Shown here piece after piece: positions 27,602-36,173 of a stretch of DNA of 64,000 bases (positions are counted from its first letter, which is position 1; each line of letters opens with the position of its first letter). Where the stretch lies: positions 19,173 to 83,172 of the forward strand of contig CAZMZP010000075.1 in assembly GCA_964570935.1 (NCBI GenBank), given 5' to 3'. Under the pieces are notes generated by a model. That model made no database searches. It worked only from the letters and a program-made list of their open reading frames with translations, and had not been told where the DNA came from. Source of the stretch: an uncultured bacterium. Its GTDB lineage: Bacteria > Eisenbacteria > RBG-16-71-46 > JAFGJU01. The position numbers and the translations under genes were made by a program.

Positions 27602-29191
27602 TCACTTCCTCTGCACTTCCCCTTCAGAGAACACTTCCGCCGTGAAAAGGTACACGTCCGCGTCCTTCTTCCAGGCGTCGGCCTCGAGCCCCGCTTTCTC
27701 GAGGCAGCAGTGTCTCAGGAACTCCTCCTTCGACCACCCGGTCTCGTCGGCCACCTGGGGCAGGTAGCAGCCGCCCCTTCCGCCCTTCATCACGTATATG
27801 CCGTGCTTCCCCAGCTCCAGCTCGCTTACGTCGCCCATCTTGCGCAGCGGGGACAACACCGATATCTCTATCTCGACCTTGTCCAGCTCCGGCAGCGTCA
27901 CCGGCGGGAACCTGGAATCCTGCGTGGCTGCCGACACGGCCATCTGCGAGACCACCTTGTACAGCGGCTCGTCCGCGGTGAACCTTCCAATGCAGCCCCT
28001 GAGCTGCCCGTCCCTGTGCAGCGTAACGAACGCACCCTGGTGGCCGGTGAGAGATGGATCAGTAAGCTTGAAGTCGGGCAGGGGCTTTCTTCTCAGGATC
28101 GCGTCGATGGAGACTCTGGCGACCGACAGCAGCTTCTTCCTGTCCGCCCTGCCCAGAGTCCCTTCGCTCATGGCCGCGGCCGGCTTTGGGACGGCCGCTT
28201 CCGGCGAAGGCCTCTTGCCGGCGCCGCCCCCGGAGCTCTCGTAGATCGCGGCTGCCGCGTAACCCACCACTCCGGTCTTGTCCCCGGACACGTCGCCCGA
28301 GTTGGCGTACTTGAGCACGGTTACGGCGTCCGCGCCCAGGGCCTTGCAGGCCGCCATCGTGATCATTACGGCCGCGCTGCCGCACATCGTGACGGCCAGG
28401 TTCTGCGCGGGTCTTCGCATGGTCGCCTCTTCCTTCGCGTACATCGTTTCCAGGTTCATCGTCTTCCATGATTCGACGGTCTCGCGGTCCACCCTGTTGG
28501 CGTCGTCGTAGGCCGGGTAGTGCGACAGGTCCGAGCTGGCCACGAACAGTGCCTTCCTGCCCTTGACGGCGCCGGCCAGAGCGCGTCCGAGCTCCTCGCA
28601 GCGGTCGGGCGGAAGGTCTCTCGTGACCACGGGAACTATCTTGAAGTCTTTCAGCACGCGCTGCAGGAACGGAAGCTGGACCTCCAGGGAGTGCTCCGCG
28701 ACGTGCGCGCCCGGGTCGTCCGTGAAGTCGCCACCAAGACTCACGATGGCACTGGCCAGGCTCTCGTCTACGGGGACGCTGCCGAGAGGGGTGCTGAAGC
28801 TTCCCGACGTGTATACCGCGGCCGCCTCCACGGGTGCTCTGTGAGAGGGTCCTATCAGTATCACGACGTCATAGTCCGCGCCGCGCACTGCGGAGAAGGC
28901 GTAGGCGGCGACCTGCCCCGAATACGCGTAGCCCGCGTGCGGAGAGATTATGCCGATTACCCGGCCCGGTACACGGGTCTCGGGCGTGTCCGCGCTCTTC
29001 AGGAATTCGTCCACGACGCGCCCCAGCTCCGAGGCCCCTCCGGGGTAAAACGCTCCCGCTACGGCCGGTCTTCTCACCTGGGCCACCTCCTTCCGAGCAG
29101 TTTCAGAAGTTCCGGAGCTGGAACAGGCCGACAGGACGGCCAGGCCCAGCGCCGACAGCATCACGGCAGAATGAAACCTGCGCCTCTTCAT
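27602..29191 (-). CDS. amrB: AmmeMemoRadiSam protein B (MEMO1) - protein A (AMMECR1) fusion, predicted lipoprotein
   Basis: RRPAVAGAFYP, PHAGYAYSG, EHSLEVQLPFL, SSDLSHY (MEMO); GAFVTL, LRGCIG, EISVLSP, YLPQVA (AMMECR1); lipobox LSAC. Confidence 0.92.
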   Translation of the reverse strand: MKRRRFHSAVMLSALGLAVLSACSSSGTSETARKEVAQVRRPAVAGAFYPGGASELGRVVDEFLKSADTPETRVPGRVIGIISPHAGYAYSGQVAAYAFSAVRGADYDVVILIGPSHRAPVEAAAVYTSGSFSTPLGSVPVDESLASAIVSLGGDFTDDPGAHVAEHSLEVQLPFLQRVLKDFKIVPVVTRDLPPDRCEELGRALAGAVKGRKALFVASSDLSHYPAYDDANRVDRETVESWKTMNLETMYAKEEATMRRPAQNLAVTMCGSAAVMITMAACKALGADAVTVLKYANSGDVSGDKTGVVGYAAAAIYESSGGGAGKRPSPEAAVPKPAAAMSEGTLGRADRKKLLSVARVSIDAILRRKPLPDFKLTDPSLTGHQGAFVTLHRDGQLRGCIGRFTADEPLYKVVSQMAVSAATQDSRFPPVTLPELDKVEIEISVLSPLRKMGDVSELELGKHGIYVMKGGRGGCYLPQVADETGWSKEEFLRHCCLEKAGLEADAWKKDADVYLFTAEVFSEGEVQRK

Positions 29192-29197
29192 GCCTTC

Positions 29198-29206
29198 ATT
29201 TTACCA
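29198..29206 (-). promoter_or_regulatory. Extended -10 element 6 nt before the ATG (leaderless-type)
   Basis: Minus strand reads TGG-TAAAAT-GAAGGC-ATG. Confidence 0.55.
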
Positions 29207-29253
29207 CAATGCGGCGCGGCCGGCGCGGGAACCGTTCGGGCGCCCGGTGCGGT

Positions 29254-29748
29254 TCAGTCGAGGGTGCTTATCGTGAGGTCGGGCCGCTCGAGCAGTTGGA
29301 ATTCTATTCCGACTTCCCCGAGCAGAGTGAGGGCGTCCTCGTCGGGATAACTCCCGCAGGCCACCACTCTCTCTATCTTGGCGTTGGCGAGGATCTTCGC
29401 GCACAGTATGCAGGGGGTGTGGGTGCAGTAGAGTGTGCCCTTCTGGATGCTGATTCCGTGAAGTCCGGCCTGTATGACGGCGTTCTGCTCAGCGTGGATC
29501 GCCCTGCAGACCTCGTGGCGCTCGCCGGACGCTATTCCTTTCGCGTCCCGGAGGCACCCGAGCTCCAGGCAGTCCTTCACTCCGGACGGGGCCCCGTTGT
29601 AGCCGGTCGTGAGGAGACGCTTCTCCTTCACTATCACGGCGCCGACGTGGTGACGCGTGCACGTCGAGCGTTCGGCCACGAGGAAGGCGATCTTCATGAA
29701 ATACTCGTCCCACGGGATTCTCGGGTGCCGCTGCCGGGGGGCGTTCAT
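29254..29748 (-). CDS. dCMP deaminase (ComEB-like)
   Basis: WDEYFMKIA...RSTC, TGYNG, HAEQNA, PCILCAK. Confidence 0.9.
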   Translation of the reverse strand: MNAPRQRHPRIPWDEYFMKIAFLVAERSTCTRHHVGAVIVKEKRLLTTGYNGAPSGVKDCLELGCLRDAKGIASGERHEVCRAIHAEQNAVIQAGLHGISIQKGTLYCTHTPCILCAKILANAKIERVVACGSYPDEDALTLLGEVGIEFQLLERPDLTISTLD

Positions 29749-31010
29749 CAGACCTCCTTTAGCTCGAGCTCGTGCTCGGGAAGGCGTGCGACGTCCGCGT
29801 GTCTGAAGAAGAGGTAGTACAGACAGCTTGCCACCACGTACAGCACTATCGCAACAACAAAAGACGGGACGTAGGAGTGACGCTCGATGAGAATGCCGCC
29901 CCACTGAACGCTCACGGCCCACGACGCGGTCCAGGCCAGCATCAGCATGCTGTTCGTGACGGCGTGCTCCTCCTTCCTGACCGACTCCATTGCGAAGTGG
30001 GTCGACAGCGGCTGGTTCATGTTCATCAGGGCGCCCCTCATCAGGAACGCGAACACCACGACGGGGAAGGACCTCGAGAAACAAAGGGCGAGCATGAACG
30101 GGATCGACGCGAGCTGCGTGACGACCACGCTTCTCATCAGCCCGAGCCTCGGCACGAACAGCGGCCCCAGGAGGGTGCCGGCGGTCATGAAGCACTGCAG
30201 GAGCGCGAACAATATGCCTATGGTCTCGGCCGACGCCCCGAAGAGGTCCCTGAAATAGAGGTTGAGGAACGGGATGATGAGGCCCGCGCCTATGCCGATT
30301 ATGAAGGCGGGCACGCACAGCTTCGCGATCAGCTTCCAGTCGGTCTTTCGAAGGTTTGCCAGGAACTGCGAGTGGGCTCTGACGTCCGGCCTCTCCTCCA
30401 CGATGGACATGAACGGAAGGGCGGAGAGAGTCATGACGATGACGCCGGCCAGGAGGGAATACCTGAACTGCTCCCCCGGCGACTGGGTGAAGTAGGAAAA
30501 CGCCCTGGGCAGGAAGCCGCCTATCAGACTCCCGACGAGCGCGCCCGCGGTGCTGACGGCGAAGTTCATGCTGAAAAGGTAAGTTCGCTCCTTCTCGCTG
30601 CTGTGCCGCATGAAGAACGGCGCGGACGCCACCCTGAACACCGCTATTCCGATTCCGGCGATGAACCCGGCCACCACTATCGCGTCCCTGTTGCCGGTGA
30701 GCACTTGGAGAGCGTAGCCGACCGCCATCACCAGCGTCGCAAACGTGAGGGCGGACCTGAAGGTGAACCGCCCGAGCAGAAGGCCCAGCGGAAGCGCCAG
30801 GATTACCGGGGCGAGGGACGTTCGGGACAGCACCTTTCCGATGTAGGATTCGGAGAAGCCCAATTCCTTGAAGTACAGGTTGAGGAGGAGCGAGAACATG
30901 GACGCGCCGGTCCATATGAGGAGACTGCCCAGAAGGAACGCTCTCGCGTTGGGAGGAAAAAGTCTCAGATGGGCGACGTAATCCCTGGTTCCTGCAAGGA
31001 GCTTGTTCAG
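29748..31010 (-). CDS. MFS transporter (start uncertain, possibly CTG)
   Basis: About 12 TM segments; LNLYFKELG, PFLNLYF; stop overlaps the deaminase ATG. Confidence 0.85.
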   Translation of the reverse strand: MNKLLAGTRDYVAHLRLFPPNARAFLLGSLLIWTGASMFSLLLNLYFKELGFSESYIGKVLSRTSLAPVILALPLGLLLGRFTFRSALTFATLVMAVGYALQVLTGNRDAIVVAGFIAGIGIAVFRVASAPFFMRHSSEKERTYLFSMNFAVSTAGALVGSLIGGFLPRAFSYFTQSPGEQFRYSLLAGVIVMTLSALPFMSIVEERPDVRAHSQFLANLRKTDWKLIAKLCVPAFIIGIGAGLIIPFLNLYFRDLFGASAETIGILFALLQCFMTAGTLLGPLFVPRLGLMRSVVVTQLASIPFMLALCFSRSFPVVVFAFLMRGALMNMNQPLSTHFAMESVRKEEHAVTNSMLMLAWTASWAVSVQWGGILIERHSYVPSFVVAIVLYVVASCLYYLFFRHADVARLPEHELELKEV

Positions 31011-31597
31011 TTCGTGTCTCTCTTCGCCACCACCGTGGCGTTGAAGCGTATCAGAGTCGCCACCCCCGTGACTGCCTGCGCGCTGCCGGAAGCGTCGAAT
31101 CTCATCCTTATGCCCACGCGGCATTCATCGGACGTAAGGAGCTCCCCTAGCTTCTCGTCTCCCCTCACGGTCACGTGGAGCGTGTCGGTGACTCCGGACG
31201 CCAGGTGGAGCAGCTCGGATTCGACGTACATGTCCGCGGGGATGTTGTCCGTATACGGCGCGGTCAGGGTGTCCGCCACGAACACCATGAACACGATGTC
31301 GGCGGAACCTGTCTGGTTCGCGAATTCAGAACTGATGTAGAGGTCCACGTACTCCACGTCGGCAAGGTCGGAAAGCCCCTCGGACAGGTTCAGTTCCTGC
31401 GGGTCCGAGTCTATGACCACCGGCAGCGGCGCCCCTGCCGGGATGGGCGGGTCGTCGCCGTACGTCTGCGTGACGGTCTCCGCGTCCATGAAGCTCAGCA
31501 CGTCCACGTTCATCGTCAGCGTACGGTCGCCGCAGCCCGGCGCGAGCAGGAGCGAGGAAAGCGAGACCGCGAGAATTGCCAGAGTTGTTCTTCTCAT
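31007..31597 (-). CDS. Hypothetical lipoprotein
   Basis: MRRTTLAILAVSLSSLLLAPGC lipobox; beta-rich mature part. Confidence 0.7.
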   Translation of the reverse strand: MRRTTLAILAVSLSSLLLAPGCGDRTLTMNVDVLSFMDAETVTQTYGDDPPIPAGAPLPVVIDSDPQELNLSEGLSDLADVEYVDLYISSEFANQTGSADIVFMVFVADTLTAPYTDNIPADMYVESELLHLASGVTDTLHVTVRGDEKLGELLTSDECRVGIRMRFDASGSAQAVTGVATLIRFNATVVAKRDTN

Positions 31598-31650
31598 TCT
31601 CTCCGCCTCTTCATTCGGATACCGGGAACTTCAACGGCCGAACGGCCGCC

Positions 31651-33006
31651 TCATAGTCTGAAAGACACCGCCAGGTCCACGGCCCGGTCGCCGGTCAGGA
31701 CGCTGCTGCTGGTAAAAAGCGCCAAGTCCATGCCGACCCTCCAGACATGGAAACCGGCGCCACCGGAGAACTGGAGCTTGCCGTTCGGGTCGAGCCACAT
31801 GCCGCTCCTGGCGGCTACGTTCCGCACGGGCATCTCGAACCCGGCGTGAAACACGGTTCGTGACAGGCCCTTTTCGATGTCAAAGGCCAGAGTCATGCCG
31901 GCCCACCTCTTCGCCGCGTTGAAAACCACTATGGCGGGCACCTTGCTCGTGTAGTCGAAGTTCTCCGCGATGGTATACGTCTCGACCTCGTCGGTCGAGT
32001 CGTCCATCGCCTGCAGTTCTCTGTCGGCCTCCCAGTGTATCTTGGTCATCACGTTCGTCACGCCCAGCCCGACCTCGTAGCCGGCCATGAACGCCGCCGC
32101 CCCCAAGTCCATTCCGGTCCCGTGCCCGGGCACGGCCGACTCGTCCGGCACCGACGTGGTCGACACGTTGGTGAAGTCCACGTCGAGCGGGTCGTCTCCG
32201 AATATGGTGTCGGGCGTAGTGAAGGACATCAGCGGCTTCGCGTTCGCGTAGGCGAATCCCATCAGGTACTTGAATCGCCCGCCGGCGTAGACGGCGAGGT
32301 CGTCCGAATGCCTGGGGTCCTTCCCGGAGTCAAGCAGCGCGTTGACCCGCCTGGCGTACCCGAAGCCGAGAGCCAGGGCGGCCTGGGCCTCGCCGCCCCC
32401 TTTCAGAAAATAGGCCGTGTTCGGCTCGAAATCCTGACCCCGGCGGAGCGCCCTCTCCAGCGTCGGACTCAGCTCGAGCTCGCCTTCCGCCACCACGAGC
32501 GGCGAAAGCCCCGCGAAGAAGCCCCGGACGGAAAAGCTCCCGGCCGGCTGGTCAAGGAGGCCGCCCAGCTCGAACGGCTCTTCCGGCACCACCTCCGCGA
32601 TGTCGCCAAGGTCGATCCTGAGCCTGTTTCTGGCCACGTCGATCACGACGTCGTCTTCGATGATGTCCGGGCTCTTTATTCTGAGGAAGACGGGGAAGTT
32701 GGTGGCCAGCTCCAAGATTTCAAGCGGGTTGAAGTCTTCGTCGTCCGGGTCCAGCTCCGGAGGGGAGGCCAGCACCTGGATTATGCCCAGCGGAAGCGGA
32801 ATGCTGCTTTTTAGAGCTCCCCGCGGCACGGCCTTGAACGCCACGTTCCTGTTCTGGGCCTCGGAGTAATCTGAGAGCACTACCCCTCCCATTCCGAGCC
32901 TCCTCGCATCGAACGAGCCCGCTTGGACGGCCCGGGCGCTGAACGACGCCGACACCAGGAGGGCCAGAAAGAAGGCGCGTGCGAGAACAATGGGGTCCCT
33001 GTTCAC
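31651..33006 (-). CDS. Outer-membrane beta-barrel-like protein (FadL/TraF/PorV-like N-terminus)
   Basis: GTG start with GGAGA; signal peptide; DARRLGMGG motif; alternating beta strands; ends VSFRL. Confidence 0.7.
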   Translation of the reverse strand: MNRDPIVLARAFFLALLVSASFSARAVQAGSFDARRLGMGGVVLSDYSEAQNRNVAFKAVPRGALKSSIPLPLGIIQVLASPPELDPDDEDFNPLEILELATNFPVFLRIKSPDIIEDDVVIDVARNRLRIDLGDIAEVVPEEPFELGGLLDQPAGSFSVRGFFAGLSPLVVAEGELELSPTLERALRRGQDFEPNTAYFLKGGGEAQAALALGFGYARRVNALLDSGKDPRHSDDLAVYAGGRFKYLMGFAYANAKPLMSFTTPDTIFGDDPLDVDFTNVSTTSVPDESAVPGHGTGMDLGAAAFMAGYEVGLGVTNVMTKIHWEADRELQAMDDSTDEVETYTIAENFDYTSKVPAIVVFNAAKRWAGMTLAFDIEKGLSRTVFHAGFEMPVRNVAARSGMWLDPNGKLQFSGGAGFHVWRVGMDLALFTSSSVLTGDRAVDLAVSFRL

Positions 33007-33073
33007 GTTCTCTCCGTTGGTGGTGTCACGGCCACTGCGCTGTGTCATTGCAAGTTGCGGGTTTCAGGCCGGG

Positions 33074-33103
33074 AAGCTAGCACACGGGCTGAGAAACGGT
33101 CAA
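33074..33103 (-). promoter_or_regulatory. Putative sigma70 promoter for the barrel-lipoprotein-MFS-deaminase unit
   Basis: Minus strand TTGACC-18 nt-TAGCTT with extended TG. Confidence 0.45.
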
Positions 33104-33111
33104 GGGTAAAC

Positions 33112-33146
33112 AAAAACCGGAGGGCCTCTTTTGGAAGCCCTCCGGT
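33112..33146 (-). terminator. Rho-independent terminator
   Basis: ACCGGAGGGC/GCCCTCCGGT stem followed by a T-run on the minus strand. Confidence 0.8.
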
Positions 33147-33239
33147 CGAGCGCAGGACTTGCTCTCGGATTATCCGGAGAAGGTCCTCACACAGCCGCCG
33201 CCCCGATCTTCCCTCCGCTCCAGACTCCGAGCGCTCTTA

Positions 33240-35177
33240 TCACTTCAGTATCACCATCTTCGTCTCTGCAACGTTGTCCTTCGTGAACAGCTTGCAGAAG
33301 TAGACGCCCGAAGAAACAGCGCGTCCCGCGTTGTTCCTTCCGTCCCAGGTGGCCTTGTGCTTGCCCTGGTCCATGACGCCCTGGTACAGAGTCTTCACGA
33401 GCCGGCCGGACACGTCGTAGACGCCCATGTCCACCTCGCCCTTCTCGGGCAGAGAGAACGTGATGGTCGTCACCGGGTTGAACGGGTTCGGGAAGTTCTG
33501 CTCCAGCGCGAACACTACCGGCGCCGCGGGCGTCACCGGGTCCACTCCGATCACGTTGACGAGGTCGATGTCCGCGTCCCTGCGGGGCTCGATTCTGAAG
33601 TCATCGTAGATGTAATCGATGGGACCGCAGATGTTCATCCACACGCCCGGAGTCGGTATGTACGTGTAGTTGCCGTTGTGGCCGACCATGGCCGTGTCGA
33701 GGGAGCCGTAGGTGTCGGCGACTTTCCACTCACCGAACTGGTCGAAGCCGACCGTGTCGGCCACGAAGACCGGGTCGCAGCGCACGAAGACGCCCTCGTA
33801 GGATTCGGCAGTCGCGGCGCCGGTCTTGATGAGCGCGGGGTCGACGTGCGCGGGTCCGGGCAGGGAGTTGCCTGAGCTGTGAACCGCGAGGTAGTCGAGT
33901 CCGGTGATCTCGGTCTTGTAGAAGTACTCGCTCACGTACCCCGACACGACTATGCTGTCACCTTCGGCAATCGGAGTGGGCGGACCACCGTAGATCTGAA
34001 CTCCGCTCCACGGGCCACCAGGACGCGTTTCCACGTAGAAGTGGGTGATGTACGGCCCGGTGTCGGCAGTAACGATTCCGGCAACGGTTACCTGCTGGGT
34101 CGTGAGCGCGGAGCTGTCGTTGTCCACGGCCTTCATCGCCTGCACCACCGAGATGGGCGTCAAGCCGCCCCTGAAGGCGTAGGTCTGCGGCTGCGGCATT
34201 ATCGTGCCGGGACCCTTGCTCTTCACCCCGGCTACGGTCAGTTCCTCGGCCGTTCCGCCGACCTGCGTTCCGGTCGTCAGGGTCACAATCTGCTCGCCCA
34301 CGAGGTCGAGGGTAGCCGACAGGACCTGCACCCCGGAACCTAGGTAGTAGTTGTTTATGTTCTCAGCCGTAGCTTCGTCTACTCTCACGTCAAACGCCGC
34401 GTTGATACCGGTGTTGGAAATGGCATAGGCTAGAGACAGGTTTGGCGCCGGCGGAGCGCCAGAGTAGACGATGTCATCAGCGTTCCTCGGACAGATGTGG
34501 TATCTGCTGTTCTCGTAGTGGCCGATACCAGCTATAGACGTCAGCACTGTGCCGATAGGCGGCGGGGCGGGCCCGGGGCTCACCATCTTGTTGGTCCTGC
34601 AGTACATGGTCGTCGTATCGGTCGAAGGGGCATTCTGCCTGAACCAGAAGCTCGTCAGAGGATACGCTGGGTCGATGCCCGTGACTACCACGTCCTGGAA
34701 CCTGATGAGAGTGCCTTCCCACTGCTCCGCAGTTGCGTAAGCGTACGGCCGCATACCGAACTGATTGCACTGTAGCAGCTTTGGCGCCGGCACGATCATG
34801 CTGTCCACTATCGTCCAGGCGAGCGGGCTGTAGATCAGCTCCGAGCCCGACAGCGAGTCGTGGACTCCGGAGGGATACTCCAGGTACCTGATGGAGTCTA
34901 TCGTCACCACGTGACCCACCCTCAGGCCGCCTGTAGACGTGCTGCCCGTGTAGACCTGGATACCACCGTACGGACCACCGGACTTCTGCTGCGCCCAGTA
35001 GCCGTAAGTGCTCACGTAGTCGATGCCGGTTACCACAACCGTGTCGACCCTGACGATAGTGTTCTGCGGATACACAAGCTGCTGAATCTCGTATATCGTC
35101 GCCAGGGTCGCTGCCGACGCCACGCCCGCGGTGACAAACAGCAGCGCAACGACCATTGCTAGAACTCGTCTTTCCAT
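33240..35177 (-). CDS. Secreted protein with repeated OB-fold-like modules, Ig-like segment and C-terminal FlgD-Ig/CTD
   Basis: AGAAGGAGG RBS; signal peptide ending ASA; TIYEIQ and TPISVVQ...VTVAGIVTA modules; QNFPNPFNP...YDVSGRLV...SSGVYF tail. Confidence 0.82.
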   Translation of the reverse strand: MERRVLAMVVALLFVTAGVASAATLATIYEIQQLVYPQNTIVRVDTVVVTGIDYVSTYGYWAQQKSGGPYGGIQVYTGSTSTGGLRVGHVVTIDSIRYLEYPSGVHDSLSGSELIYSPLAWTIVDSMIVPAPKLLQCNQFGMRPYAYATAEQWEGTLIRFQDVVVTGIDPAYPLTSFWFRQNAPSTDTTTMYCRTNKMVSPGPAPPPIGTVLTSIAGIGHYENSRYHICPRNADDIVYSGAPPAPNLSLAYAISNTGINAAFDVRVDEATAENINNYYLGSGVQVLSATLDLVGEQIVTLTTGTQVGGTAEELTVAGVKSKGPGTIMPQPQTYAFRGGLTPISVVQAMKAVDNDSSALTTQQVTVAGIVTADTGPYITHFYVETRPGGPWSGVQIYGGPPTPIAEGDSIVVSGYVSEYFYKTEITGLDYLAVHSSGNSLPGPAHVDPALIKTGAATAESYEGVFVRCDPVFVADTVGFDQFGEWKVADTYGSLDTAMVGHNGNYTYIPTPGVWMNICGPIDYIYDDFRIEPRRDADIDLVNVIGVDPVTPAAPVVFALEQNFPNPFNPVTTITFSLPEKGEVDMGVYDVSGRLVKTLYQGVMDQGKHKATWDGRNNAGRAVSSGVYFCKLFTKDNVAETKMVILK

Positions 35178-35395
35178 CTCTCCTCCTTCTAAGAAACAAG
35201 TCACATCGGATGGATTAGCGTGTGCCAAATCAAGATTGGGTCCAGAATCACCTCCGTTCGAACACAAAGAATTTCTAATACACTTAGCCGTCAGCAGTGA
35301 CGGTGAAGCCACCCTCGCGGTCGGGCACGAAGCCCGCCCCTCGATGGCAGTTCCGTCACCGGAACAGCTTGCAACTTACGCAATTAGCTAGGCTA

Positions 35396-35424
35396 ATTAT
35401 AACCTAAAACCGGGCAAATGTCAA
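35396..35424 (-). promoter_or_regulatory. Perfect-consensus sigma70 promoter
   Basis: Minus strand TTGACA-17 nt-TATAAT; palindrome AATTAGC-N3-GCTAATT at 35382-35398 overlaps the -10. Confidence 0.85.
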
Positions 35425-35531
35425 TCGAAACAGCTACCTGCGGAGGCAACCCTTGGGGCATGTGGACGGCCCGGCGTCGACCCGGGGTGAGGCGGCTGCG
35501 ACCAGGCGGGAAGCGCCCTTCGCCCCACCGC

Positions 35532-36173
35532 CTACTTGATGCCGTGGAGCCGCTTGTACTCCGGCCAATTCCTCTTTAACTCTATGAAATCAGGCAGGTT
35601 GGCCCGTAGGAGGAAGGGGTTGGTGAGTTTCTCTTCGCCCATGGTGGAGCGCGGCCGGACTCCGTAATCGTGGCCGGGCCAGACTTCGGTCGAATCGGGC
35701 AGGGGCATGAGCTTCCGGTGGAGGCTCTCGTACTCTCGTCGCGCGCCGTCTCCGAAGTCGGTGCCCCCGACCTTCCCGACGAACAGCGTGTCGCCGGTCA
35801 GCAGCTTCCCGTTGACCAGAACACAGATGGAGTCGAGTGTGTGCCCGGGGGTGTGGATGATGCCGGCGCGCAGCCGGCCGGCCTCGAGCTCTGTCCCGTC
35901 TTCCACCGCGATGTCGTGCGCGGCGTTCGAAGAACTGTGCGCCACGATGAGCGCGCCAGTTTCTCTCTTGACGGCGGCGTTGCCCGCGATGTGGTCGGCG
36001 TGCGAGTGTGTGTTTACGATGTACTTCACATTGACGCCGAGCGACCGCACCCGCGCGATGAGGTGGTCACAGTCGAAAGACGGGTCGACCACGAACCCGA
36101 CGCGCGCCTCTTCGTCGGCCGCAATGTAAGCGAAGTTCCTGTCGCCGCCGGAATCTATCTGCTCGAAGATCAC
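35532..36173 (-). CDS. MBL-fold hydrolase (glyoxalase II-like)
   Basis: THSHADH, HTPGHT, TGDTLF, PGHDY; GTGA overlap with PNP. Confidence 0.88.
   Translation of the reverse strand: MIFEQIDSGGDRNFAYIAADEEARVGFVVDPSFDCDHLIARVRSLGVNVKYIVNTHSHADHIAGNAAVKRETGALIVAHSSSNAAHDIAVEDGTELEAGRLRAGIIHTPGHTLDSICVLVNGKLLTGDTLFVGKVGGTDFGDGARREYESLHRKLMPLPDSTEVWPGHDYGVRPRSTMGEEKLTNPFLLRANLPDFIELKRNWPEYKRLHGIK

Noticed and set aside
35244-35255. ATCACCTCC resembling the 16S rRNA 3' end
   Set aside because: No surrounding rRNA sequence; it is the complement of an SD-like motif in a leader
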